Of a DNA stretch of 64,000 nt, positions 29,201-38,896 are shown piece after piece. The notes under the pieces are model-generated. The model worked only from the letters and a program-made list of their open reading frames with translations. It did no database searches and was not told the DNA's origin. The DNA comes from Thermoplasmata archaeon (GTDB lineage: Archaea; Thermoplasmatota; JASEFT01; JBBABA01), in assembly GCA_041657955.1 (NCBI GenBank), contig JBBABA010000001.1, forward strand, positions 40,578 through 104,577, written 5' to 3'. Within the stretch, counting starts at the first letter, position 1, and every line of letters begins with the position of its first letter. The translations under genes and the position numbers were made by a program.

Positions 29201-31058
29201 TGGCAAAAATGCAAGACATATTTTTGCGCACAAGGGCAACTATCTCATCAACCTGACAATACTTGACGATGACAACGAAAGCGCAGAAGTCAACCTCACA
29301 ATAAATATCACAATAAATAATAGAAAACCAGCTGTCGACACAGCAAACATCACACAGATGGCGAACATCACCGAAATAACAAGCGGTCAATCAATATCTT
29401 TTACGGCTCCAAACGCAACAGATATAGATACCCACGCATCAGGCAATCCGATAATTTACCAATGGAACTTCGGCGACGGGTGCATAGAGATTGGTAAAGA
29501 AATCGCACACACTTTTGCGCACGGCGGCAATTACAATGTTGTTCTAACAATACTTGACGATGACAACGAAAGCGCAGAAGGCAATTTCACAACGAATGTT
29601 ATTGTAAATAATAGAAAACCAATAGTTAATGTGACTGATACCACGCAGATAGTGAGCGCAAGCGAAACAAAAAGCGGACAATCGATAGCATTTACAGCGC
29701 CGAACGCAACAGACCCCGACACTAACACATCAGATAATCCAGTAACTTACCTATGGGATTTCGGCGATGGAAGTACTAGTGCGGAGAAAACCCCAAATCA
29801 CACCTACAATAAAAGCGGCTTCTTTAATGTGACATTGAAGATAATCGACGATAGTAACGAAACCGTAGTTAAATACATACCAATCCAGATATTAAACACG
29901 CCCCCGCTAGTCAGTAATGTGAGCGCGCCGAAGGCGGGGGACGCAGGCAAAGGACTTTCTTTTGCCGCAAATTGTGCGGATGCCGACGGGGCGATCGTGG
30001 ATTACATATGGGATTTCGGCGACGGCACAACCGAAAAAGGTTCCGAAGTTACCCACGTGTATAAGCGAGGAGGCGCGTACACGGTTACGTTAATCGTTAC
30101 AGATAACGAAGGGGGCGTGACGAACACAACCACAACAGTCAACGTCAGCGGGACGATTGGGGATGTTATCGGTATACCTCTAGATGGAGTCACACTCATT
30201 CTGTTTATTGTGCCGATTATTGTCCTGGTGTGTGTAGCAGTAGTCTATTCTAGAAGACGGGGAAAACGAAAAGAGAAGGAAGCACCGGAAGAAGAGAAAC
30301 CAAAAGAAACACCGGAATCAACAAAAGGAACTGCAGCAACACAAATGTTGGGTGGTGTAGATGGGCACAATGAAAGTTTACCACTTCCAGGGTACCCCGC
30401 GGGAGAGCGGCAGCAAACAGGATATCCCGCATACGGACAGACTGATGCCCAAGCGGCGGATGCTGGGTGGCGGCCGCAGCATATACCGCCGGCACAACCA
30501 GGATATGGAAGTGAAGAAGCAATAGGAAGAGAAACGCAACAGGCACCGGTAGGGCCAGAAGGAAGAAAATCTGTTTATGATGCATACGGCCAGCAGCTAG
30601 ACGCGAGAAAATCCGCGAAACCTGCGGCAACGGCTACACAGACAAGATGCCCCAAATGCCGTTACTCCATATTGGTCACATCGCCCGAGAGGCCAATCAA
30701 GGTGCACTGCCCGAAGTGTGGCACAGTGGGCATATTAAAACAAAAACCAACACAAAAAACACCCGTACCAGAGCAACGCTACGAAACGCCTCCGAGAAAA
30801 CCCGCGCTGGGGACGGTGCAGAAACAGGCAGAAAGACAGCATGGCTATGAACAGCCGCCCGCAAAAAAATCCATACTGGATGGGATGAAGAAAGGGCCGG
30901 AAGGAAAACCTCTTGTAAAAAAACAATCACAAACTAGCACCAAAAACTGTCCAAGATGCCAAACACCAATAGTTATAACCCAGAGCACAAGACCGCTTAC
31001 TATAACCTGCCCGAGTTGCGGGCTTTCATGCGTTCTGCGCAAACAAAAAACCTTATAA
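26277..31058 (+). CDS. secreted subtilisin-like serine protease (S8) with ~8 PKD-like domains, C-terminal TM helix and cytoplasmic tail with two zinc ribbons
   Basis: catalytic triad motifs VIDTGID, HGTHCAG, GTSMACPMVAG; repeated WDFGDG PKD cores; TM LILFIVPIIVLVCVAVV; tail with two CPxC-x17-CPxC ribbons; start may be Met22 or Met34. Confidence 0.85.
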   Translation: MAGKSLCQKHYISVAAYFISGMHESKIKTQLSAMFVASILAISVLVVSVSYISISMSIKNSDEKRIDFYDVNGNKIEDVLENVVANKQENETVKAIVSFNNKDNNHHLNDFEAIGAKILFDYQIINGIAIELPCNNLTKIPNIGDVEYVELDREYRIQYNENDAELDREYRTLLNDKVQLIDADPPTLQKYGYGDITGWGVTIAVIDTGIDPTHESLDDMDDNPATTDPKVIGWYDNVNHRTSAYDDQGHGTHCAGICAGTGGPSHTYRGVAPGAKLVGVKVMNSQGGGTESTMIDGLNWIINNKGKYNIRVISMSLGLPYYMAAMAGMPLNGKSTIDKAATAAVNAGLIFAVAAGNSGHMDVQGNRLIVTEPLKETIGPPATCEDVITVGSNFLSGSDTGVDFYSSRGPTSDGRTKPDVAAPGTDVMAPNVNTKTGYVRHSGTSMACPMVAGSAALVINYYLNATKGYENYYPQTTGGLPMPTNAQVKKLLGELTAIDLFPYSEPGKDNDTGWGLIDVSEAMNAINFLPIAKATANTTTAVAGETITFTAKDTTDINGPRSRAVYMWDFGDQYADPATNPNKDWYMNTSHKFTRGGTYTITLTITNIKEATYSEPDDFKKANTWDVGVSGINTKSIQITILNSPPVAVINKVNFASDIVPTNQQTSFDASQSYDNDTSTPNNPLQYKWAFGDGSSTDWASSPTAQHTYVTKGTYNVVLTVKDDADATATDTMTLKATSPPAAVPGPSQTVKTNEVVYFNGTGTDSDGSIAKYLWDFDGDGTYDWESTTTGKTTHTYQHKGAYDAAFKTIDDMGAETITKVKINIENTLPVPIVKITKSNVTYPGDTVRFDASSSYDTDTHTQQNPISFKWIFGDGATSTDAATNHIYQDNGIYNLTLQITDDDFGITIYRQNLTILNKKPIATIDENTRLTNITTANSGEEILFTSPSAYDPDTHTPSAPITYQWDFGDGNIGYGKNARHIFAHKGNYLINLTILDDDNESAEVNLTINITINNRKPAVDTANITQMANITEITSGQSISFTAPNATDIDTHASGNPIIYQWNFGDGCIEIGKEIAHTFAHGGNYNVVLTILDDDNESAEGNFTTNVIVNNRKPIVNVTDTTQIVSASETKSGQSIAFTAPNATDPDTNTSDNPVTYLWDFGDGSTSAEKTPNHTYNKSGFFNVTLKIIDDSNETVVKYIPIQILNTPPLVSNVSAPKAGDAGKGLSFAANCADADGAIVDYIWDFGDGTTEKGSEVTHVYKRGGAYTVTLIVTDNEGGVTNTTTTVNVSGTIGDVIGIPLDGVTLILFIVPIIVLVCVAVVYSRRRGKRKEKEAPEEEKPKETPESTKGTAATQMLGGVDGHNESLPLPGYPAGERQQTGYPAYGQTDAQAADAGWRPQHIPPAQPGYGSEEAIGRETQQAPVGPEGRKSVYDAYGQQLDARKSAKPAATATQTRCPKCRYSILVTSPERPIKVHCPKCGTVGILKQKPTQKTPVPEQRYETPPRKPALGTVQKQAERQHGYEQPPAKKSILDGMKKGPEGKPLVKKQSQTSTKNCPRCQTPIVITQSTRPLTITCPSCGLSCVLRKQKTL

Positions 31059-31110
31059 ACACATAATATATTAAAGCGGACTCTATATAAATAAAAATAG
31101 GAGAATTGTT

Positions 31111-31884
31111 ATGGATGAAATATCACTAGCAGTTGGAGTAATAGGGCTAGTCGTGGGGCTAGTTGCGTTGTTGATAGTCTATCTCCAAGTTATACAAAAA
31201 GCCCTGCCTTCCTTGAGAAATAACCTGACCACAACTAACGAAAGACTCGACAGGTTCGAAGCGGTCCTTACGCAAAAGACTGACTTTACGATAGATGAAT
31301 TGTTTGAATCGATAAAAACATCCACTATAATCAGGGAAAGAATCGCCGAGGGGCTGGAAGAGAACACATATACGATCGAGGGCGGAGACCAGATTTTCCA
31401 GAAAGCGCTCTCCATGTTGAGGGACGCAAAGAAGAGCATATTGTCAATCTGGTGTTTGCCGAGCGAGGAGCCGCCGAAATGGTATAGCGAAACCATAGAA
31501 GAAAAAATCAAAGAAGGCGTGCAGATCACCCGCCTGATGAACCTCAGAAATCCTGCGATACGGGCCAATGCTATAGAGTTGATGAAGAAATTCTACAATG
31601 TAAAGAATTTCGCCATATATCACACAGATCAAACAAGTTCGGAAACAATGATAGTGGACGACAGGCAGGCGATTATTACATTCCCGACCGCGGAACAGAT
31701 CTCGAACATCAATTCTGCAGTATACACCGACAACCAAAAGTTCGTAAACGCAATCAGGGCATGGTACCAGCAGTACATATATACAGAAAAGAACAGGATC
31801 AAGAGCGTAAACGACATAATGAAGTATTCTGAGCAGGCGAGCAAAACAGCAGAAGCAACAACAGAGACAAAACCGGCAGAGTAA
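31111..31884 (+). CDS. membrane-anchored hypothetical protein
   Basis: N-terminal TM helix; 257 aa; immediately downstream of the S8 protease. Confidence 0.45.
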   Translation: MDEISLAVGVIGLVVGLVALLIVYLQVIQKALPSLRNNLTTTNERLDRFEAVLTQKTDFTIDELFESIKTSTIIRERIAEGLEENTYTIEGGDQIFQKALSMLRDAKKSILSIWCLPSEEPPKWYSETIEEKIKEGVQITRLMNLRNPAIRANAIELMKKFYNVKNFAIYHTDQTSSETMIVDDRQAIITFPTAEQISNINSAVYTDNQKFVNAIRAWYQQYIYTEKNRIKSVNDIMKYSEQASKTAEATTETKPAE

Positions 31885-31978
31885 ATGTGCTATGTTATTT
31901 TGTGTACTGGTGTCTGTATCGGGTAGGCTATAGCATCAATAATTTTTGTATTAATCTTGTTAGTAGTTGTTAGTAAAT

Positions 31979-33220
31979 CTAGCCAATTAGCAGTGCGGCA
32001 TATACCTTCGCATCGTTTAGCATGTTTTCAATAACACAATATTCATTCGGCGTGTGCGGCACTTCGTCGAGCTTCGACCAGACAACAGCATCAAATCCGG
32101 CTTTTCTAAACATTGCGGCGCATGTGCCCCCTCCTATGCCGCCGACATAGGGCTCGTTTTTGTAAACTGTTTTAATCGCGGTCTTCAGGTTGGTCACAAT
32201 CCATGAGTTTTGGCTTGTGGGCGGCGCCGCAGGCTCGTGATTTGCGGCTCCTATTTTCATCTTTACATTGAACTGCTTTTCATATTTGGATGCGAGGTCT
32301 GTCACAGTCTTCAAGACGTCGTCGGTTTTGTATTCGGGAAGGATCCTCATGTCCATATAGAATACGTCGTCTCCTGGTATTGTGTTAACGTTCGGTACGT
32401 TAGCCTCTTTTTTCGTAGGCTCGAATGTAGATACTGGGGGGTCGAACAGCGTGTTTTTTGCATTATACTTCGAGTACAACAAGGTATCAAGTTCGTTTGC
32501 AAATTTTATTGCTGTCTTAAACGCATTTATGCCCTTCTCAGGCGTGCTGCCGTGCGTCTGCTTCCCCTCTGTAGTCACTTTCAGCCACATGATCGATTTT
32601 TCCGCAATCTCGATTAATGTGCCTTGTTCGTTCCCGCCGTCAGGCACTATAAAGAAATCCCGGTTATGCTCGAATATTCCCTTGTTCACGATATGCTTTA
32701 TTCCATATTTGCTGCCTGTCTCCTCATCAGCAACAAGCGCGAGGCCGACGTCATACTTCGGCGTTATTCCCATGTCCTTCAGGATTTTTAGGGCATACAT
32801 CGCGGCAACCATTTCCTGGTTGTTGTCCTCAGTGCCTCTGCCATATACCTTCCCGTCCTTTACCACAGGTTTAAACGGGTCGCTGTTCCATTTTTTCATA
32901 TCGCCTGGAGGAACTACATCAGTGTGGCAGGCTATCCAGATCGTCTTTTCGCTGCTCTTTCCCTTCATCTTTACAACAATATTTGGTCTTATCTTCGTCG
33001 GGGATTTATCGTCAGGAGCGTCGAAATGCTGGATGTCCGTGAAACCGAACGACTTCAGCATTTTCTCCAATAAAATGACTTTTTTAGTCTCCCCTTCTCC
33101 GCCTGATCGCGGGTCTATCGCAGGGATTTTTACAAGCTCGCAAAGCGAGGAAACTATCTCGTCCTTAGATTCCTCGATCTTCGCAAAAACATCCTCTAAA
33201 TTATGCTCTGTCTTCGTCAT
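31979..33220 (-). CDS. M20-family metallopeptidase (ArgE/DapE/ACY1-like)
   Basis: His/Asp/Glu metal-site motifs (ACHTDVV, ADEETG) and dimerisation domain. Confidence 0.8.
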   Translation of the reverse strand: MTKTEHNLEDVFAKIEESKDEIVSSLCELVKIPAIDPRSGGEGETKKVILLEKMLKSFGFTDIQHFDAPDDKSPTKIRPNIVVKMKGKSSEKTIWIACHTDVVPPGDMKKWNSDPFKPVVKDGKVYGRGTEDNNQEMVAAMYALKILKDMGITPKYDVGLALVADEETGSKYGIKHIVNKGIFEHNRDFFIVPDGGNEQGTLIEIAEKSIMWLKVTTEGKQTHGSTPEKGINAFKTAIKFANELDTLLYSKYNAKNTLFDPPVSTFEPTKKEANVPNVNTIPGDDVFYMDMRILPEYKTDDVLKTVTDLASKYEKQFNVKMKIGAANHEPAAPPTSQNSWIVTNLKTAIKTVYKNEPYVGGIGGGTCAAMFRKAGFDAVVWSKLDEVPHTPNEYCVIENMLNDAKVYAALLIG

Positions 33221-33344
33221 AGGCCTTCGATGGATAAGACGAATGCGGATATATTAAAATATCCTAAATGTTGACTTTTAACCGCGATGGGCAGGCGATT
33301 CCTTTTTGAAATATTTGAGACAACCAATATTTCTATTCACAGTC

Positions 33345-33833
33345 TCAAACCTCTCCCACCTCAATATACGGAATCACAGTATTTGACGTCACGTGAGTCA
33401 ATTTTAAATTATGTGCGCCGGCAGACAACGTAAACGTGGCGTTATCGTTTGATGCAAGTCTCAGATCGCTCTTCAAAATATATCTCTGCTCATCGCTTCC
33501 AGAAAACTTGTACCTGATTACGCTGCCGTACGTGCCGTTTATTGCGTCACCGATCTTCACGTATTCGATGGTGCTGAACGCATTGTTCTTGAATTCCACA
33601 GTCACTGGTAGGGATGTTCCGCCCCCGCCGTTGGATACTTGCCTTGCTGTTGTCTCTATCCTGCTGAATTCGTTTATCAGCATGGTTTCAGCCTGTGTTT
33701 TCGAATAAGTGGAAAGCCCGTATAACGCTATAGGGATTGTCATGCCAGCGACGATAACAACTAATATCAATCTAAGGGGAAGACCTTCAATACCATCATT
33801 ATTTTTGTAAAAGTTCAAGAGATCACCATACAC
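33345..33833 (-). CDS. pilin-like protein with N-terminal GIEGLPL + hydrophobic segment (class III signal-peptide-like)
   Basis: N-terminus NNDGIEGLPLRLILVVIVAGM, then Ser/Thr-rich beta-type domain; paralog at 54370..54819. Confidence 0.5.
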   Translation of the reverse strand: MYGDLLNFYKNNDGIEGLPLRLILVVIVAGMTIPIALYGLSTYSKTQAETMLINEFSRIETTARQVSNGGGGTSLPVTVEFKNNAFSTIEYVKIGDAINGTYGSVIRYKFSGSDEQRYILKSDLRLASNDNATFTLSAGAHNLKLTHVTSNTVIPYIEVGEV

Positions 33834-33946
33834 TTTTACTTTAAATATAATTATATTTTATTATTATGCCTCATCATGCTTTTAATTTAATCAATTTAAT
33901 GCTGGACTGTTTAACGCCGCGATTCACAAACACTCGGGGCAACGTG

Positions 33947-34585
33947 TTATTTACGTTCCTCCAACTTTTCCTCCTCCACCTCTCCCCGTGGAGATTTCTC
34001 TACGAATATCTGGGCGGAAAAGCTGTAGAATTTTGTTTTTGGGTTCTTCCAGGAGTCGATGTTCAGGCCTGCCTTCATGCATGTGTGCCCCAGGAATTCC
34101 TCTACACCCCATTTCCATTCGACAGGCACCTGGGGGAGAAGAAGCCCGCGGCCGTAGCCCAGCGAGACGATAAGACCGTCCCGCCCGATCTTTATCTTCT
34201 TCAGGTATTCCTTCGGCTCTTTGACTTCCACTAATTTCGGAACGCTGAGCAGGCTTACCTCGATAACGATATTTCCGAGTTCGCCCTTGTCTACAGGCGG
34301 GAATCTGGGATCCTCTGTTGAAGCGTTTATTGCGGAATCCGTGAGTGCGTCTATAAGCTCCATTATCGGCTCGGGATAGCCGATGCAACCGCGAAGTTCC
34401 TTGCCCGGATAGGTGTTTATGGTCACGAACACACCTGATTTCTGCTTAAACGACTCAGGAATATTTGGGTGCTTCGGGAGTGTTTTTCCGGCAACGTGGT
34501 TTTCGACTGTTTCCCTTGCGATTTTAATCGCGAGTTTTCCTTCTTCGAGAGAGAACATACTGATCAATACGGAATAAATATGCAT
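33947..34585 (-). CDS. AMMECR1-domain protein (AmmeMemoRadiSam system protein A)
   Basis: AMMECR1 core with conserved CIGY motif (RGCIGYPEP). Confidence 0.8.
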   Translation of the reverse strand: MHIYSVLISMFSLEEGKLAIKIARETVENHVAGKTLPKHPNIPESFKQKSGVFVTINTYPGKELRGCIGYPEPIMELIDALTDSAINASTEDPRFPPVDKGELGNIVIEVSLLSVPKLVEVKEPKEYLKKIKIGRDGLIVSLGYGRGLLLPQVPVEWKWGVEEFLGHTCMKAGLNIDSWKNPKTKFYSFSAQIFVEKSPRGEVEEEKLEERK

Positions 34586-34721
34586 TCTATAAAGAGTTTG
34601 GGTTTATCGGCAAAAATTTCAACTAGAACCTGTCTGAAAATCCCTTTGTGCGAGTTCGTTCGATTGCACTACTATGCAGGCTGCACTGATGATGGATATT
34701 TGCAAGATGGGGTTTGCTCGG

Positions 34722-36038
34722 CTACTCCCGCACTCTGCCCCTTATCCACTTTTTTATCTTTTCTTTCTTCAATATTGCCAATCTTGCGGCGCGCTCTATG
34801 TCGTCTTTAGCATCTTCAAAGCGTCTTGATGTACCCTTATCCACAACTTTTTTTATCGGCGTATACGGAGATTCTCTAAACAACTTTGGCAGCGGCTTTA
34901 TTTTGTTTTTGGATTTAATGAACACTCCTCTGCCCTTTTCCACTCTGCCTACAACTTCGACCTTCATTTTCTTTTTATTCATAAATTTCATTAAATCGCT
35001 GACATGAATTTGCGGAAGAATGAAAACAAAAGAATCTAGGGAAACTCCCAAGAAATCTATGTCTAGTTTCTCAAGCATCCTGAGGACTTTAGGGTTCACT
35101 ACGCTTCTTATCTTTTCCTCATCTAGTATTATCCTGACGCCTGCCCCTTCAGAGGTTTCGTGCGCGTCGCCCCTTATCCCGCCGTTGGTCACATCAAGCA
35201 TCGCATGTACGTTTTTTATGTGCGGGGATTTAAGAAGTGCAATGCCTGTTTGTATGTTATCTACATTAAGCGTTTCCTTAACCGCCGCATGATAGTTGTT
35301 GTAAAGCGCGGTTGTTGTGATAGTGCCTCCGCCGCACCCCTCGGTCATAAGAATGACATCTCCCGGAACCGCATCTTTTCTCGGGGTTATGTTCTTGGAA
35401 TGGCCTACCGCGCCCACGCAGCCTGTCAATCTGTCGCCCAAAACCAAATCGCCGCCGATTCTCAGTGTGCTTCCTGTCACCAGCGGAACATTCGACAGCT
35501 CGCTGACAGCAACAATCCCCGCAGTATAATCAAAGACCTTCCCCACGTCACCGTCGTTGGCAAGGTGTATGTCAGAAAACATTGATATCGGAACTGAACC
35601 CATCACTATGATATCCCTCAAGGCAGCCCTTGCTGCATGGAAACCCGCAAGGAACGGAAAACAGCTCAATCTTGAATGCATCCCGTCTACGGCAACTGAA
35701 ATATAATCGTCGTCAACAAACACGACGCCCGCATCGTCCTGGTGCGTCGGATCGATGACCGCAGAGGTTCTTCCTATAATGTCTGCGATCTTGCGGTGAA
35801 TAAAGAAGTCTCCGGTTCCCCTGCAGCCTAGACCTGAATCGTTTGCGCTGATCTTTGCCTCAGGGCATTCGCACAAAAATTTTGTAAATTTGTCTGAGAT
35901 GTTTCGCATCGATTTTATCTCTTCTATAATCGCCTTTGCTTTTGCGGCCGACGTGTATTTTTTTCCTTCGGAGAGGATTTTCTCCTCATCTCCTTTGTAT
36001 CTGACGTACAATTTTCGAAACTGTTCTTCTAGGTCCAA
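34722..36038 (-). CDS. AIR synthase-related (PurM-like superfamily) protein
   Basis: PurM-like N and C domains with Gly-rich nucleotide-binding segments; exact function not assignable. Confidence 0.6.
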   Translation of the reverse strand: MDLEEQFRKLYVRYKGDEEKILSEGKKYTSAAKAKAIIEEIKSMRNISDKFTKFLCECPEAKISANDSGLGCRGTGDFFIHRKIADIIGRTSAVIDPTHQDDAGVVFVDDDYISVAVDGMHSRLSCFPFLAGFHAARAALRDIIVMGSVPISMFSDIHLANDGDVGKVFDYTAGIVAVSELSNVPLVTGSTLRIGGDLVLGDRLTGCVGAVGHSKNITPRKDAVPGDVILMTEGCGGGTITTTALYNNYHAAVKETLNVDNIQTGIALLKSPHIKNVHAMLDVTNGGIRGDAHETSEGAGVRIILDEEKIRSVVNPKVLRMLEKLDIDFLGVSLDSFVFILPQIHVSDLMKFMNKKKMKVEVVGRVEKGRGVFIKSKNKIKPLPKLFRESPYTPIKKVVDKGTSRRFEDAKDDIERAARLAILKKEKIKKWIRGRVRE

Positions 36039-36042
36039 AATT

Positions 36043-37983
36043 TCACCGTTTACCTTTAGGTTTTCTTAACACAACATATGCGAGGATTAGGATAATTATG
36101 AGGAATACGAAAATACTTAGAATGCCCTTGGGGCTGTCAATCATACACAACTCTTCGCTGACACCTATAATTCCGGCGGCAACCAACGCGGCCACCACTA
36201 CACCGGTTATCGCCTCGCCTGCAATCAAGCCCGAGCTGAAAAGAACACCGCGGCTATAGGTCTCATCCTTTTCTGCGTTGCATTTTTCGAGCTCCTTTGT
36301 TTCAGCGCGGGTCATCCTTTCTTTCTGGGTTGTGGTGGTAAATCCAGTTTCTATCTTCCTATCCACGAAGTGTTTTATGCCGCCGCCTATCAGGATAGGT
36401 ATGGATAAGGTAAAAGGAAGGTACATGCCCACAGCTATTGCCATTACTGGTTTTCTGAGTATTATAAACAAGATTCCGAGCTCTACACCCATCAGGAAAT
36501 ACGGCCAATTCATCGTGCCTCCGAATATGCCGTTTGTCACCATTGCCATAAGACCTGCCTGGGGGGCGGGTAGGGCTTTGCTTCCAAATGTGTAAGCTGC
36601 GCTTAAGACACCGAGAACAGGGGGTATGATAATCGCGGAGACTATGACGCCGATCATCAGGGCTATCTGCAGGTTTCTGGGAGTGGAGCCCAAAAGATAC
36701 CCGGTTTTAAGATTCTGAAGGTTGTCGCCTGCTATTGATGCTGCACAACAAACTATCGCGGCTACAAGAATAGTTGCCGACGCGCCTACCGCGCTCGGCA
36801 CCCCCAGCGCTACAAGCAAAAGTGCGGTAAATATCAGCGTTGCGATTGTTACGCCAGATATTGGGTTGTTTGAACTGCCTATGATCCCTGCCATATACCC
36901 CGCTATCGCCGAGAAAAAGAATGCGGCGATGACCATGATGATCGATGTTACGAGAGCTACTGCGAAAGTCTGCAGTACATACCAATACATCAAAAAGATG
37001 CAGACACTTATCAAGCCCGCGAGAATAAACGTAAATGCAGTCGGAAGGTCCAGTTCAGTCCTGATAACCTTTTCCTTATCCTTGGACTTGCTGCCGCCTA
37101 TTACGCCTCGGACGCCTTTTGTTATTGCGTTTCTCATGCTCCATATCGCAGAAAGGCCGCCGACAATCATAGCGCCTATGCCTACATAACGTACCCGATC
37201 ACTCCACACAATTGTAAGCGCGTCTACGGGATTGTCTGCAAGCGGAAGGCCGTTAGCTAAGACTACCAACGGAACCAGGAGCATCCAAGCGATTACGCCG
37301 CCCAAAAAAACGAAAAACGCTATGCTGGGCCCCACTATGTAGCCCACGCCCAGCAGCGCAGGGGACAGGTCGCTTCCAAAATAGAAATATGCCCTGCCCG
37401 CGCCTATCGCTTGTTCGACTTTGCCGGAAAGAGCTTTCATTCCTGAAGATATAAACTTAAAAACAACCCCGATGACTAGCGCCGAAAGGACGTATGTTAT
37501 CTGCTTTCCGCCCCGCTCTCCTGCCTTAAGTATCTCTGCGCACGCTATACCCTCAGGATAAGGCAGCTTCATTTCTTGTATGAGTATCTTCCGAAGCGAG
37601 ATAGTGAAAAGTACGCCTAAAAGTCCGCCCAGCGCGGCCACAACAGATACTGTAATGTAGTCAATCTCATGCCATACTCCCATTATGAGAAGCGCGGGAA
37701 TAGTGAATATGATGCCTGCAGCGAGTGCTTCTCCGGATGATGCTATAGTCTGGGCGATGTTATTTTCGAGTATGGTACCTGTCTTAAACAATCCTTTGAG
37801 TATCGCCATGGATATTACAGCTGCCGGTATCGTCGCCGCCACTGTCATGCCCGCATAAAGCCCAAGATAGGCGTTTGCAGCAGCCATGACAACCGCTAAA
37901 ATTACGCCGAGAAGAATGGCACGTACAGTCAATTCAGGTATGGTTTTTCCTGGAGGTATATAAGGAACAAACTTCACCATCAC
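36043..37983 (-). CDS. OPT-family oligopeptide transporter
   Basis: 646 aa, ~16 predicted TM helices, OPT-family organisation. Confidence 0.8.
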   Translation of the reverse strand: MMVKFVPYIPPGKTIPELTVRAILLGVILAVVMAAANAYLGLYAGMTVAATIPAAVISMAILKGLFKTGTILENNIAQTIASSGEALAAGIIFTIPALLIMGVWHEIDYITVSVVAALGGLLGVLFTISLRKILIQEMKLPYPEGIACAEILKAGERGGKQITYVLSALVIGVVFKFISSGMKALSGKVEQAIGAGRAYFYFGSDLSPALLGVGYIVGPSIAFFVFLGGVIAWMLLVPLVVLANGLPLADNPVDALTIVWSDRVRYVGIGAMIVGGLSAIWSMRNAITKGVRGVIGGSKSKDKEKVIRTELDLPTAFTFILAGLISVCIFLMYWYVLQTFAVALVTSIIMVIAAFFFSAIAGYMAGIIGSSNNPISGVTIATLIFTALLLVALGVPSAVGASATILVAAIVCCAASIAGDNLQNLKTGYLLGSTPRNLQIALMIGVIVSAIIIPPVLGVLSAAYTFGSKALPAPQAGLMAMVTNGIFGGTMNWPYFLMGVELGILFIILRKPVMAIAVGMYLPFTLSIPILIGGGIKHFVDRKIETGFTTTTQKERMTRAETKELEKCNAEKDETYSRGVLFSSGLIAGEAITGVVVAALVAAGIIGVSEELCMIDSPKGILSIFVFLIIILILAYVVLRKPKGKR

Positions 37984-38098
37984 AAAACCTTGAAGGAGGA
38001 TTGCAGCGAGGGAATATAATGTTACCGCAGTTACAATGCTTTATTTGTTAGTTATCTTTTTTTATTAAAAGCATCATCTTGTTATGAAGGTGTAATTA

Positions 38099-38896
38099 AT
38101 GAACAATAAAAAAATCATTGCAAGCATCGGAATCATCGGAGGCACTGGAATGTACGATCAAAGCCTCTTTAAAAATGTGAAGGAAGTAAAACTCTCTACG
38201 CCCTACGGAGAAACGTCGAGCCTTATCGAGGTCGGCGACTTTGTCGGCAAAAAGGCGGCATTCATCCCGCGCCATGGAAAGCATCACACTATACCTCCCC
38301 ACGAGGTGAACTATCGGGCGAACATCTGGGCGATGAAAGAGCTCGGGGTTACAAGAATAATATCTCCGTGCGCTGTCGGCTCCCTGAAAAAGGAGTACAA
38401 ACCGGGCGAGATAGCCATAGCGGATCAATTCATAGACTTCACAAAGAATAGGGAATATACATTTTACGACAGCGGAAAGGCAATGCACATTTCAACAGCA
38501 GATCCTTTCTGCGAAGAACTCCGGGATATTTTTTACAGGGAAGCAAAAAAACTGAAAATACCGGTGCACAACGATGGAACGTATATCTGCATAGAGGGCC
38601 CAAGATTTTCCACCCGTGCAGAGAGTAAAATGTTTAGAAACTTTGCAGATATTATAGGAATGACGCTAGTACCCGAAGCACAATTGGCAAGGGAATTGGA
38701 GATATGCTACGTCTCACTTGCCATGATAACGGATTATGATGTTTGGATGGAAAAGCCAGTAGACGCAAGAGAGATAATCGAAACGATGCGGGCGAATACC
38801 GAGAATGTTAGGAAATTACTGAGGAACGGCATAGAAAAAATACCGACAAAAAGAACATGCGAATGCAAGGATGCGCTCAGATTTGCGGCGATCTAA
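38099..38896 (+). CDS. mtnP: S-methyl-5'-thioadenosine phosphorylase
   Basis: PNP/MTAP motifs [24 protein letters not shown]. Confidence 0.85.
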   Translation: MNNKKIIASIGIIGGTGMYDQSLFKNVKEVKLSTPYGETSSLIEVGDFVGKKAAFIPRHGKHHTIPPHEVNYRANIWAMKELGVTRIISPCAVGSLKKEYKPGEIAIADQFIDFTKNREYTFYDSGKAMHISTADPFCEELRDIFYREAKKLKIPVHNDGTYICIEGPRFSTRAESKMFRNFADIIGMTLVPEAQLARELEICYVSLAMITDYDVWMEKPVDAREIIETMRANTENVRKLLRNGIEKIPTKRTCECKDALRFAAI

